Source: an uncultured Dehalococcoidales bacterium
GTDB taxonomy: Bacteria > Chloroflexota > Dehalococcoidia > GIF9 > AB-539-J10
DNA: 39,183 nt
Direction of reading: 5' to 3'
Assembly (NCBI GenBank): GCA_964534285.1
Contig: CAZHQV010000004.1
Location: forward strand, 1 to 39,183
Each line of letters starts with the position of its first letter. The first letter of the stretch is position 1. Positions 27,353 to 35,474 of the stretch are shown here, piece after piece. The notes under the pieces are model-generated. The model was given only the letters and a program-made list of their open reading frames with translations, was not told where the DNA came from and made no database searches. Position numbers and translations under genes: made by a program.

Positions 27353-28477
27353 TCAACCCTTAATGTGAACTAACTGTGGTTCAGGCAATGAAACTGGGCC
27401 CTCCTGCTCCTGTCCTGTGATGAATGCCTCAGTTTTGAGGCGAGCTTGGTCATCGGAATACTGAATTGGCGGGGATTTCATGAAATAGGCTGATGGTGCC
27501 ACTATAGCTCCGCTTAAGCCGCGGTCCAGGGCTAGTTTGCAGCACCTTATAGCATCAATGACTACTCCGGCCGAATTAGGGCTATCCCATACCTCAAGCT
27601 TTACCTCCACATTCAGTGGGACATCGCCGAAGGTACGGCCTTCCATTCGTATGTGGCAGAACTTGCGGTCCGCTAGCCAAGGCACGTAATCGCTAGGACC
27701 AACGTGGACGTTATCAGGCCCGATTTCATAGTCCAACTGCGAAATGACAGCATCAGTCTTGGAAATCTTCTTGCTCTCTAGCCTTTCCCGCTCCAACATG
27801 TTGTAGAAGTCAGTATTGCCACCAAAGTTCAATTGATAAGTTCTCTCTAGTCTAACGCCACGGTCACGAAAGAGTTTCGTCAATACACGATGGGCAATAG
27901 TAGCGCCGACTTGAGACTTGATGTCATCGCCAATAACTGGTAGCCCCCTAGCGGCAAATCGGTTCTGCCAATAGCGCTCGCGAGCCGTGAACACCGGTAT
28001 GCAATTGACGAAGCCGCAGCCGGCTGCTATCACTTGCTCTGCATACCACTTGGTTGCCTCCTCACTTCCTACCGGCAAATAGTTGAGCACCACATGAGCT
28101 TCGGTCTCCTTGAGAATACCCACAATGTCAGCAGTCTGCCCTGGTGCCTTGGTTATGATTTGAGAGAGATACCTGCCCAATCCATCGTGGGTCATGCCAC
28201 GCTCGACTCGGATGCCCGTTTGGGGCACATCGCAGAACTTGAAGGTATTATTGGGTGGCGTGTAAATAGCGTGGGCCAGATCCTTGCCCACTTTGTTCTT
28301 ATCAATGTCAAATGCAGCCACAAAATTGATATCAGCTACGTGGTATCCCCCAAGATTGACGTGCATTAGACCAGGAACAAATTCATCCTCCTTGGCATCT
28401 CTGTAATAATGAACTCCCTGTACTAAAGAGGAAGCGCAGTTGCCCACACCTATGATGGCTACATTTACTGCTCCCAT
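27353..28477 (-). CDS. ino1: myo-Inositol-1-phosphate (inositol-3-phosphate) synthase
   Basis: 374 aa. The N-terminal Rossmann motif [16 protein letters not shown], the GDD..KSQ-type block ([12 protein letters not shown]), and overall size match bacterial/archaeal MIPS. Confidence 0.9.
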   Translation of the reverse strand: MGAVNVAIIGVGNCASSLVQGVHYYRDAKEDEFVPGLMHVNLGGYHVADINFVAAFDIDKNKVGKDLAHAIYTPPNNTFKFCDVPQTGIRVERGMTHDGLGRYLSQIITKAPGQTADIVGILKETEAHVVLNYLPVGSEEATKWYAEQVIAAGCGFVNCIPVFTARERYWQNRFAARGLPVIGDDIKSQVGATIAHRVLTKLFRDRGVRLERTYQLNFGGNTDFYNMLERERLESKKISKTDAVISQLDYEIGPDNVHVGPSDYVPWLADRKFCHIRMEGRTFGDVPLNVEVKLEVWDSPNSAGVVIDAIRCCKLALDRGLSGAIVAPSAYFMKSPPIQYSDDQARLKTEAFITGQEQEGPVSLPEPQLVHIKG

Positions 28478-28622
28478 AACTTAGTTCCCTCCTTCTCGAC
28501 ACTAGCTCCTGTGGAAATGCTCGAACCCCCTTCGGGGCGCGCAACTCCCGGGTCAAATGGTCGGTGTGTACTGGCTATCAACAATACTCTGAGTGGTGAA
28601 CGCTTCCTCTGGCTTGGGGATA

Positions 28623-28654
28623 GCTTAGCGGGGCTAGCAACAGCCCCGCTAAGC
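28623..28654 (-). terminator. Hairpin after the DUF5679 gene
   Basis: GCTTAGCGGGG-n10-CCCCGCTAAGC forms an 11-bp perfect stem 12 nt past the stop. No clear U-tract follows. Confidence 0.4.
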
Positions 28655-28666
28655 CTTTCTTACAGG

Positions 28667-28807
28667 CTAGGCCTTGCCGATTCTATATACTCTAGTCCCG
28701 CATACGGAGCAAACCCCCTGCACTGCTGGCCTTCCGTTCTTGAGAGTGACGGGCTGTGCATTCTTAATATCTACCTTTTTGCGACACTTGAAACAATATG
28801 CTTGCAT
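28667..28807 (-). CDS. DUF5679-type small zinc-ribbon protein (46 aa, absent from the ORF track)
   Basis: GGAGGTACAA precedes the ATG. The translation is MQAYCFKCRKKVDIKNAQPVTLKNGRPAVQGVCSVCGTRVYRIGKA, with paired CxxC motifs and the family's KNGRPA..G.C..CG....RIGK pattern. Confidence 0.75.
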   Translation of the reverse strand: MQAYCFKCRKKVDIKNAQPVTLKNGRPAVQGVCSVCGTRVYRIGKA

Positions 28808-28865
28808 TTGTACCTCCTTAGATATATGTTTACTTCAATATGGCAGCAATGTCAATACCCATTGG

Positions 28866-29231
28866 CTAATTATCTTGGTTTTCGGTACTGAAGCTATCGA
28901 CTTGCTCCATTAACTTGAGTAACCTAGCCCCACGCTCAATAGAATCATCGCAGTAGAAGCTAAGCTTTGGAACACATTTCAAAGCTAAGCGCGATGCCAA
29001 CTCTTTACGTATGAACCCTGAGGCAGCGTCAAAACCCTTTAGCGCCTCCCCTTTGTCAGCTTCACTGCCCAGGATGCTAACAAATACCTTGGCATGCTCA
29101 AGGTCGGATGAAACTGAAACATCCGTTACCGAAATTAGCCCACACAGCCTGGGGTCATTCACCGTGCGCTCAAGTAGTCTGCTGATCTCTCGCTTAAGCA
29201 AGCTATTTACTCGTGCGTTACGTCGCCCCAT
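28866..29231 (-). CDS. rbfA: Ribosome-binding factor A
   Basis: RVNSLLKREISRLL...DPRL..ISVTDVSVSSDLEHAKVFVS. It lies downstream of infB. Confidence 0.9.
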   Translation of the reverse strand: MGRRNARVNSLLKREISRLLERTVNDPRLCGLISVTDVSVSSDLEHAKVFVSILGSEADKGEALKGFDAASGFIRKELASRLALKCVPKLSFYCDDSIERGARLLKLMEQVDSFSTENQDN

Positions 29232-29302
29232 TTCACCCTCGCCTGAATCAACGTGATCTGGAAAGAACGCAAAGTGGGTAAAGCGCGAAAGGAGGGAATA
29301 GG

Positions 29303-31060
29303 CTAAGCTGTCTTTTCCCGCCTGTAAAGCTCAATGGTATCGCCAATCTCAAAATCTGTGAAGCCTTCTATACCTATTCCGCACTCAAGCCCAGCAGGCA
29401 ACTCTTTAACATTTTCCTTGAAACGTCTCAAGCTGGAGACCCGAGATTCACAGACCACTTTACCTCGGCGCAGTATCTTGGCTGGAGCATCTCGCCATAC
29501 CTTACCCTCCCTAACATAAGCTCCGGCAACCTTGCCCTTCGCAGTAATAGGGAAAACAGCTCGCACCTCAACTCGCCCTGCTAGTACTTCAAGGTAGACT
29601 GGCTCAAGCATTCCTTTCAATACACTGTCTACATCTTCCACTAACTCATAGATCACGCTGTAGTGGTGAATAGTCACTCCCTCTCGTTCAGCTAGCTGCT
29701 TTGCTCCGGGCGCTGTACTTGTATTGAAACCGATAACGATGCCGTTAGAAGCTGAAGCGAGGAGCATATCGCCGTCGGTGATACTACCACTAGCTGCGTG
29801 GATAACATTGACCCTCACCTCTTCTGTGCCTAATTGCTCTAGAGATTGTCTTAGCGGTTCAATACTACCCTGAACATCCGTCTTCAGAATTATGTTAAGT
29901 TCCTTTATCTGGCCGCTGCCGATTCCCTTGGAAAGACTGCTCAGGCTCAAAGAGGTGTGCGTGCGTTTCGCTTCCCGTTTCTCCAGCAGCCTGCGCGCCT
30001 CATGTTCATCAGCAACCACGACGAAAACATCTCCTGCCAGCGGCACCCCGCTTATGCCCAAGACTTCCACAGGGGTTGCGGGCTCAGCTTTCTTGATTTG
30101 CTTGCCCCCATAATCAAATAAGGCTTTGATCTTACCTTGGGTATCACCGATCACTAGGGCATCGCCTACCCTAAGAGTACCTTTCTGAACGAGGAGAGTA
30201 GCTACAGGACCCTTACTTTTGTCTAGCTTAGCCTCGATGACCACCCCTTCCGCTTTGTGATTAGGTTCCGCTTTCAGCTCCAGCATTTCCGCAACAAGGA
30301 GAAGATTGTCCAGCAGGTCTGAGGTACCCTGCCCTTTCTTGGCGGAGATGGGAACACAAATCACGTCGCCTCCCCACTCCTCGGGCAGCAGACCCAATTC
30401 GGCAAGCTGCTGTTTTGCCCTATCCGGATTGGCATTGGCTTTGTCAATCTTGTTAATTGCAACGAGTATGGGCACCCCGGCAGCTCGAGCGTGATCTATG
30501 GCTTCCACGGTCTGAGGCATGACACCATCGTCGGCAGCGACTACTAGAACAACGATATCAGTTACTTGTGCCCCGTGGGCTCTCATAGCTGTAAAAGCCT
30601 CATGTCCAGGTGTATCCAGGAAAGTGACCTTGTGCCCATCTAGTTCAACTTGATAAGCGCCGATATGCTGGGTAATAGCTCCTGCCTCACTAGCAGTCAC
30701 ATTTGTTTGCCTGATGCAATCGAGTAGAGTGGTCTTACCATGGTCAACGTGTCCCATAACAGTGATTACTGGGGGACGAGCCTGTAAGCCCTTTTTTTCT
30801 TCCTTCTTGCGGGGATGGTAAATCCGGCGAGCCAATTTCTTCTGCTGAGCGGCATAGCCAAAATCGCCTACTACCAGTGCTGAGGTGTCAAAATCGACTA
30901 CCTGGTTAATACTGACCATGATGCCCTTGCGCATGAATTGTTTGATAACCCTAACGGGTTCCATCTTCAACAAATCGGCCAATTGCTTCACAGTCATGGA
31001 GGATGGAAGCTCGATCTTGGGTAAGGCCGACGTTTCGTTGTCTAGTTTCTGATTGGCCAA
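29303..31060 (-). CDS. infB: Translation initiation factor IF-2 (short form, TTG start)
   Basis: [17 protein letters not shown] and NKID G-domain motifs. 585 aa. Confidence 0.95.
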   Translation of the reverse strand: MANQKLDNETSALPKIELPSSMTVKQLADLLKMEPVRVIKQFMRKGIMVSINQVVDFDTSALVVGDFGYAAQQKKLARRIYHPRKKEEKKGLQARPPVITVMGHVDHGKTTLLDCIRQTNVTASEAGAITQHIGAYQVELDGHKVTFLDTPGHEAFTAMRAHGAQVTDIVVLVVAADDGVMPQTVEAIDHARAAGVPILVAINKIDKANANPDRAKQQLAELGLLPEEWGGDVICVPISAKKGQGTSDLLDNLLLVAEMLELKAEPNHKAEGVVIEAKLDKSKGPVATLLVQKGTLRVGDALVIGDTQGKIKALFDYGGKQIKKAEPATPVEVLGISGVPLAGDVFVVVADEHEARRLLEKREAKRTHTSLSLSSLSKGIGSGQIKELNIILKTDVQGSIEPLRQSLEQLGTEEVRVNVIHAASGSITDGDMLLASASNGIVIGFNTSTAPGAKQLAEREGVTIHHYSVIYELVEDVDSVLKGMLEPVYLEVLAGRVEVRAVFPITAKGKVAGAYVREGKVWRDAPAKILRRGKVVCESRVSSLRRFKENVKELPAGLECGIGIEGFTDFEIGDTIELYRREKTA

Positions 31061-31062
31061 AT

Positions 31063-31353
31063 CTAGTCTCCCTTGGGCAGCTTATCAGCGTAGCTCATTA
31101 GAGCTTGACGATCATCGGGGGTAAACTTTGTCCTCAAAGCATGTTCCAACCGGCTCCCCTTTAATCCCAGTTCCCAGCAATGACTCCTGGCACACAGGTA
31201 GGCACCCCTACCGGGTCTTCTTGTAGACGGGTCTACTTCCACAACTCCGTCCTTACTCCGCACCAAGCGAACCAGGTCTTTCTTCTCTCTGCTTTGCCGA
31301 CACGCAACGCAAGTACGTTGAGGTATGTGCTTAGTTCTCAACCTCAACCTCAT
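31063..31353 (-). CDS. ylxR: YlxR/DUF448 family RNA-binding protein
   Basis: QRTCVACRQSREKKDLVRLV...GRGAYLC is the DUF448 signature. I prefer ATG 31353 (MRLRLRTKHIP). The tracked ORF start at 31590 lies inside nusA. Confidence 0.8.
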   Translation of the reverse strand: MRLRLRTKHIPQRTCVACRQSREKKDLVRLVRSKDGVVEVDPSTRRPGRGAYLCARSHCWELGLKGSRLEHALRTKFTPDDRQALMSYADKLPKGD

Positions 31354-32782
31354 CCTGCAAGTTAACCTCTTGAAGTCTGTGACTCTTGCTCTTAGCTTTG
31401 CTTCCCTTCGGCTTTGCCTCCTTTCCCCTGCTCGATTTCTGTTCTCTTGGTGTGCTTCGCACAAGATCCTCAGCGAAGCGAATCTGTGGTTTTTCCTGTG
31501 GCGGCTCAAACACAACCTCTGAATAGGCTGAAGCGATAGCTGGCTCTTCTTCTTCGCTCTTAGCGAGTGGCTGCAGCAATTGAGGCTCACCTGCAGCGGA
31601 AGGCAATTCGCTTACTGGCTGTGGTTGTTCAATAGCGTCTTGCTCCAGGCTTGCCCTTTCCGCCTCAGCGGCGAGAGCACTCTCCAGGCTTGCCCTTTCC
31701 GCCTCAGCAGCGGGAGCACTCTCCAGGCTTGCCTTTTCCGCCTCAGCAGCCGAAGCACTCTTGATGTCAATTCGGTAGTTGGTAAGTCTTGCTGCTAGCC
31801 TAGCGTTTTGCCCCTCCCTACCAATGGCTAGAGACAACTGGTTGTCAGGAACAACCACGGTAGCCGTGTTTTCGATGAGTTCAATGCTTGCTACCTCTGC
31901 CGGGCCAAGGGCATTGCATATGAACACCTTGGGGTCACCATCCCATTGGACTATGTCTATCTTCTCATTGTTCAGCTCGTTTACGATGCTTTGTATCCTG
32001 AGCCCTCGTGGTCCAATACAACAACCCACCGGATCAATTCCTTCCTGGGATGTTACCACTGCCACCTTACTCCGATATCCAGCTTCCCGAGCCACTGCTT
32101 TTAGCTCTACGACACCATTACTAATCTCAGGAATTTCCAGTTCAAAAAGCCTGCGCAACAGGTTGCGGTGAGATCGGGAAAGTATTACTTGAGTGCCCCT
32201 GCCACCATGAACTACCTCCAGAGCACAAAACTTGAGCCGCTGCCCTACGCGGTAACGCTCATTGGGCACTTGCTCATCAAAGGGGAGGATCCCTTCTATC
32301 CTGCCTAATCCGACGCGAATTTGTTTGGGTTCGACTAACTGGATGGTTCCAGTAACAATCTCTCCCTCCTTGCTGGCAAAGTCCTCATAAGTGGCATGGC
32401 GCTCCGCCTCGCGCAACCTCTGCAGAATAACTTGTTTTGCTGTTTGCGCCGCGATGCGTCCGGCATTTCTCGGCGTGGATTCCATCTCCACAACCTCGCC
32501 AACCTGAACCCCGCCTCGCAAGTTCTGCGCCTCAGCCAGAGAGATTTCTCGATATGAATTGGTGACCGACTCGGTTACGACCTTCTGGAGATATACTCTG
32601 ACTCCACCGGTTTCAGGGTCAATCTTGACAGAGATCTCTTGCTCGGGAGAAAACGAGTCCTTCTTATATGCTGAGACAAGTGCTGATTCCAATGCAGTCA
32701 CAATCACTCCCTTGGGTAATCGCCTCTCAGCGGAAAGCTGGGTAATCGCTGCCATAAATTCCGTTTTCATCAGCCTGGCCAT
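31331..32782 (-). CDS. nusA: Transcription termination/antitermination factor NusA with a repeat-containing acidic/basic C-terminal extension
   Basis: N-terminal domain, S1 (GEIVTGTIQ), and two KH domains (GPRGLRIQSI, IGREGQNARLAARL). 483 aa. Confidence 0.95.
   Translation of the reverse strand: MARLMKTEFMAAITQLSAERRLPKGVIVTALESALVSAYKKDSFSPEQEISVKIDPETGGVRVYLQKVVTESVTNSYREISLAEAQNLRGGVQVGEVVEMESTPRNAGRIAAQTAKQVILQRLREAERHATYEDFASKEGEIVTGTIQLVEPKQIRVGLGRIEGILPFDEQVPNERYRVGQRLKFCALEVVHGGRGTQVILSRSHRNLLRRLFELEIPEISNGVVELKAVAREAGYRSKVAVVTSQEGIDPVGCCIGPRGLRIQSIVNELNNEKIDIVQWDGDPKVFICNALGPAEVASIELIENTATVVVPDNQLSLAIGREGQNARLAARLTNYRIDIKSASAAEAEKASLESAPAAEAERASLESALAAEAERASLEQDAIEQPQPVSELPSAAGEPQLLQPLAKSEEEEPAIASAYSEVVFEPPQEKPQIRFAEDLVRSTPREQKSSRGKEAKPKGSKAKSKSHRLQEVNLQDEVEVEN
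31643..31759. repeat. Three tandem copies of a 39-bp unit, in frame inside the nusA 3' region
   Basis: The unit CTCCAGGCTTGCCCTTTCCGCCTCAGCGGCGAGAGCACT starts at 31643, 31682 and 31721. It encodes 13-aa repeats of the form AAEAE(K/R)ASLES.. Confidence 0.85.
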
Positions 32783-32800
32783 CTACTCTAAAGCTTTGCT

Positions 32801-32824
32801 AAAAAGTGGGTTTTCCACCCACTT
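32801..32824 (-). terminator. Intrinsic terminator-like hairpin in the nusA leader (candidate attenuator)
   Basis: The minus strand reads AAGTGGGT-GGAAA-ACCCACTT followed by TTTAGC. It ends 18 nt before the nusA ATG. Confidence 0.5.
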
Positions 32825-32852
32825 AGCCGAAGTCTATTCCCTTCGTTGCATT

Positions 32853-32881
32853 AATATAGCATAGTCGGGTCAAAACGACAA
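32853..32881 (-). promoter_or_regulatory. Candidate nusA promoter (TTGTCG-17-TATATT with TGc extended -10)
   Basis: The minus strand reads TTGTCGTTTTGACCCGACTATGCTATATT, about 70 nt upstream of the nusA ATG. Confidence 0.4.
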
Positions 32882-33057
32882 ATTGCGCTCGTGGCGCTGC
32901 TTTCTCAGCGGATTCATCCTATGTTACAAGAAAGGCGAAATCTCTAGGACGCGTAGGATATAGGCGACACAATGATTAGGCATCCTTGGCCTCAAGAGTA
33001 TGTTGTGGCTGACCGCGACCGAGATGATGTGTAGCGAATAGCCTGTTGGAGAAACTT

Positions 33058-33089
33058 GGCCTTGCCACCTCTCTCGAGGTGGCAAGGCC
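33058..33089. other. Perfect 14-bp hairpin in an ORF-free region
   Basis: GGCCTTGCCACCTC-TCTC-GAGGTGGCAAGGCC. Confidence 0.6.
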
Positions 33090-33360
33090 TCTGCCTGAAC
33101 AACACCGTTCTCCCCTCCCGTTGTCAGAGGCAGGCAGGGCTCTTACCCTCAGCTATTCTCTCTGTCAAACGGAAAAGGAATCTACGCACAGCTCGGCTCA
33201 GAGCCATGTCTTGTCCCTGTGCGGTAACCTTGAAAGACAGAGCTCCATGCCAGCTTGTCCTGTTCCCTCCCTGATTGTGCTGGAACTCAGCCTGGGAAAC
33301 AGGAAGAAACCGCAACTAGCAATGGCCTGCTGTCTAGCCACGGTCGCTGTTGTGAATCAA

Positions 33361-33397
33361 AAGAAGCTGGCCAGACCTTAGCCGCGACCAGCTTCTT
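33361..33397 (-). terminator. Hairpin downstream of the membrane-protein gene (possibly bidirectional)
   Basis: AAGAAGCTGG-n17-CCAGCTTCTT with T-rich flanks on both strands. Confidence 0.4.
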
Positions 33398-33496
33398 TTC
33401 TTCCCTTTCATCAACCCGTCCTCTAGTTCCCAGCCCCCTTCTAAATGTAATTTTGCGCTTTTGTCCCGTTTGTCGATTTGGAATCTCTTTCGTTTA

Positions 33497-34051
33497 CTAC
33501 GGAAGCCAGGCGCCAATCGCACCGCCGTTAGTATACGCTATTATCGGCCAAACCAGAGTGACCAATACAACGGGGATAATGAGCCACCAGCCGAGGAACT
33601 TCAGAGCGCCCATCTTGCCTAGAGCAAAAACGACGAATACCGTCCAGAAAGCTACCGCCCATACCTCGAACATAATGCCGAACTGGGGGAGTAGGGGCAG
33701 CGCAGTGCCGAGCACATTGAACCAGCCTAGACCAATGAGAAAAGCAAAAAGCCCTCCAAGCAGGCTGAACCATCCAGTAGCCTTAAAGTCTCCGCCGAGA
33801 ACGACTTCAAATCCTGCCAAAGTCCATAGTATGGTGAAACAGAACGCAGCAACGGCAACGGCACCGGATACTGTGGGGCCAAACACCAATAATGCGTCCG
33901 TAAGTACCATATAAAGAACCATGACGCTCCCGGTAATGCCGGCGATCACTCCAAGGATACCTGTTCCCTTTGGTGCCGTAATCTTGCCTATACAGAAGAA
34001 TCCCAAGGTAAAGAGGAAGAGACCTGCCACCGCCAAAAGTGCATAAACCAT
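33497..34051 (-). CDS. Polytopic membrane protein (about 6 TM), AmiS/UreI-like
   Basis: 184 aa and almost entirely hydrophobic. The start is preceded by AAGGAGG. By eye it resembles UreI/AmiS blocks (FLFTLGFFCIGKI..K; GWFSLLGGLFA; aromatic-rich TM5/6). The family call is unverified. Confidence 0.45.
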   Translation of the reverse strand: MVYALLAVAGLFLFTLGFFCIGKITAPKGTGILGVIAGITGSVMVLYMVLTDALLVFGPTVSGAVAVAAFCFTILWTLAGFEVVLGGDFKATGWFSLLGGLFAFLIGLGWFNVLGTALPLLPQFGIMFEVWAVAFWTVFVVFALGKMGALKFLGWWLIIPVVLVTLVWPIIAYTNGGAIGAWLP

Positions 34052-34112
34052 CGTGTGCCTCCTTTTATTTAGTTGCCTATTCTCCCTGTTTCTCCGCCAT
34101 ATTCAATTCAGC

Positions 34113-35348
34113 TCATAGCTTACCTCCTTTCAGAATCGAATAATCTACGAGATCTTCAGGGGCTAGAGGGCTGGGAGCATCTTCTGACCCTTGAAGCCAT
34201 ACGTTTCTTAGTCCCGCATCATAGAGCAGATTCACCGCCCTTTGTACCATCTCCTTGGGTGCCGGGGGTATCCCTCTTGCCCTAAACGCAGGATGGTATT
34301 CCACCAAGTTCACATCAATATCTCTATCTAGGGAAGCCAGCCTTTTCCCTATTTTGTGCACCTCCTCCAGGCTGTTCAGCCTGGGATGATAGGGAATGGC
34401 TACTGCACAAAAGAGCTTCCCGGCATACTCATTGACTATATGTTTCACAGCTTCCCAAGACCTGTCTAGATAGAATTGGGCAAGCTGTCTGTCTTCGACG
34501 CCAGTTATGCTCATAAAGGATTCAACACTTACTGCCTTTACATCCGGGGAAATATGAGTCATCCCGCAATCATAAAGTTCATCTATATAGTCTTTGGTTA
34601 ATATCGATGCGTTTGTATCTATCTGTATTGCCAAATTCCTATTCCTATGGCTCAGCTCCTTCAGAAAAGCAATCAGCCACCTTCTGTTCAGTGTTGGCTC
34701 ACCGCCGGAGATGCCAAGCATAGAATAGTTGCCTCCACCTTGATTTATTATCTCAAGGAACTGCCTGGGTGTAAACGGATTTCCAACTGAGGAGAAGGTT
34801 ATGTCCCAGTTATGGCACCAGGAACAGGCGAAATTGCAGCCGTGCGTGAAACATGAAACCCCCGGATGCAGGTAAGCGGAGATTTGGGAAACAAGCCTGA
34901 GGGGCTCGTAACGCTGTATCATATCCTTGTCCGTGATTACTTTCATGCCCTCCTCTACGGGAGTCACGCAGCTTCTCTTAAGCTGACCATCTATCAGTAC
35001 ACAGCAATTGTAGCAGGCCCCAGTAGTACACATGCGGTTCACCACGCCATCACCGTAGAATTGTGAGACTTTATACCCCAACATCTCTAGTGCCGTCAAG
35101 ACCGTGATGCCTGAGGGCACCTGAAATGCGCTACCATCGACGAAAACGTTGACCGGTGTCCGTTCCTCTTCTACCTCTCCCACCGTTAGTGCTTCCGCAG
35201 GGCAACCACTAATACATATTCCGCAACCCGTACATTCGGAACCTTCTACCGGCCAATTGACGAAATACTCCACTGGGCAACTCACCATGTATTGGCAAAA
35301 CCTACAATCGATGCACCCCTTCGTTACACTCAGTTTTCGGAACTTCAC
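34113..35348 (-). CDS. Radical SAM enzyme (PflA/AmmeMemoRadiSam-like core) fused to N-terminal 2x[4Fe-4S] ferredoxin and 2Fe-2S-like domains
   Basis: CIDCRFCQYMVSCP and CTGCGICISGCP ferredoxin motifs. The segment VFVDG..CTTGACYNCCVLIDGQLKRSCVTPV..GM.V is Fer2_4-like. The radical SAM core shows CNFACSWCHNW (CX3CX2C) and GISGGEPTL. The start codon is GTG. Confidence 0.85.
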   Translation of the reverse strand: MKFRKLSVTKGCIDCRFCQYMVSCPVEYFVNWPVEGSECTGCGICISGCPAEALTVGEVEEERTPVNVFVDGSAFQVPSGITVLTALEMLGYKVSQFYGDGVVNRMCTTGACYNCCVLIDGQLKRSCVTPVEEGMKVITDKDMIQRYEPLRLVSQISAYLHPGVSCFTHGCNFACSWCHNWDITFSSVGNPFTPRQFLEIINQGGGNYSMLGISGGEPTLNRRWLIAFLKELSHRNRNLAIQIDTNASILTKDYIDELYDCGMTHISPDVKAVSVESFMSITGVEDRQLAQFYLDRSWEAVKHIVNEYAGKLFCAVAIPYHPRLNSLEEVHKIGKRLASLDRDIDVNLVEYHPAFRARGIPPAPKEMVQRAVNLLYDAGLRNVWLQGSEDAPSPLAPEDLVDYSILKGGKL

Positions 35349-35474
35349 AGATACTGCCTTCTTGTTTCTGCCCCCGGGATAGGCTGCCGGGCGGCTGGCG
35401 ATATTCCTGCTTCCGCTTTCCTCACCGCTACTGAGGAGGAAGTACTAAGCAAGCGCACCAAGTGAACTAAGATG

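Noticed and set aside
28511-28913. 126-aa and 79-aa plus-strand ORFs between ino1 and rbfA
   Set aside because: They have no SD and odd composition. They overlap the DUF5679 gene on the opposite strand, which has an SD, a zinc-ribbon pattern and a terminator hairpin.
31354-31590. N-terminal 79-residue extension of the tracked 175-aa ylxR ORF
   Set aside because: It lies entirely within the nusA coding region in another frame and is Arg/Cys/Ser-rich. The DUF448 homology begins only after the internal ATG at 31353.
31643-31759. A regular 39-bp periodic repeat that could be mistaken for a mini CRISPR array near no cas gene
   Set aside because: The units are directly adjacent with no spacers. 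They lie in frame inside nusA and translate into a coherent 13-aa peptide repeat.
33255-33914. 219-aa plus-strand ORF (and the 111-aa and 72-aa ORFs at 33046-33381)
   Set aside because: It is antisense to the hydrophobic membrane-protein gene, which has a strong SD. Its composition is Pro/Ser/Thr/Arg-rich and low-complexity, as expected for the shadow frame of a TM-rich gene.
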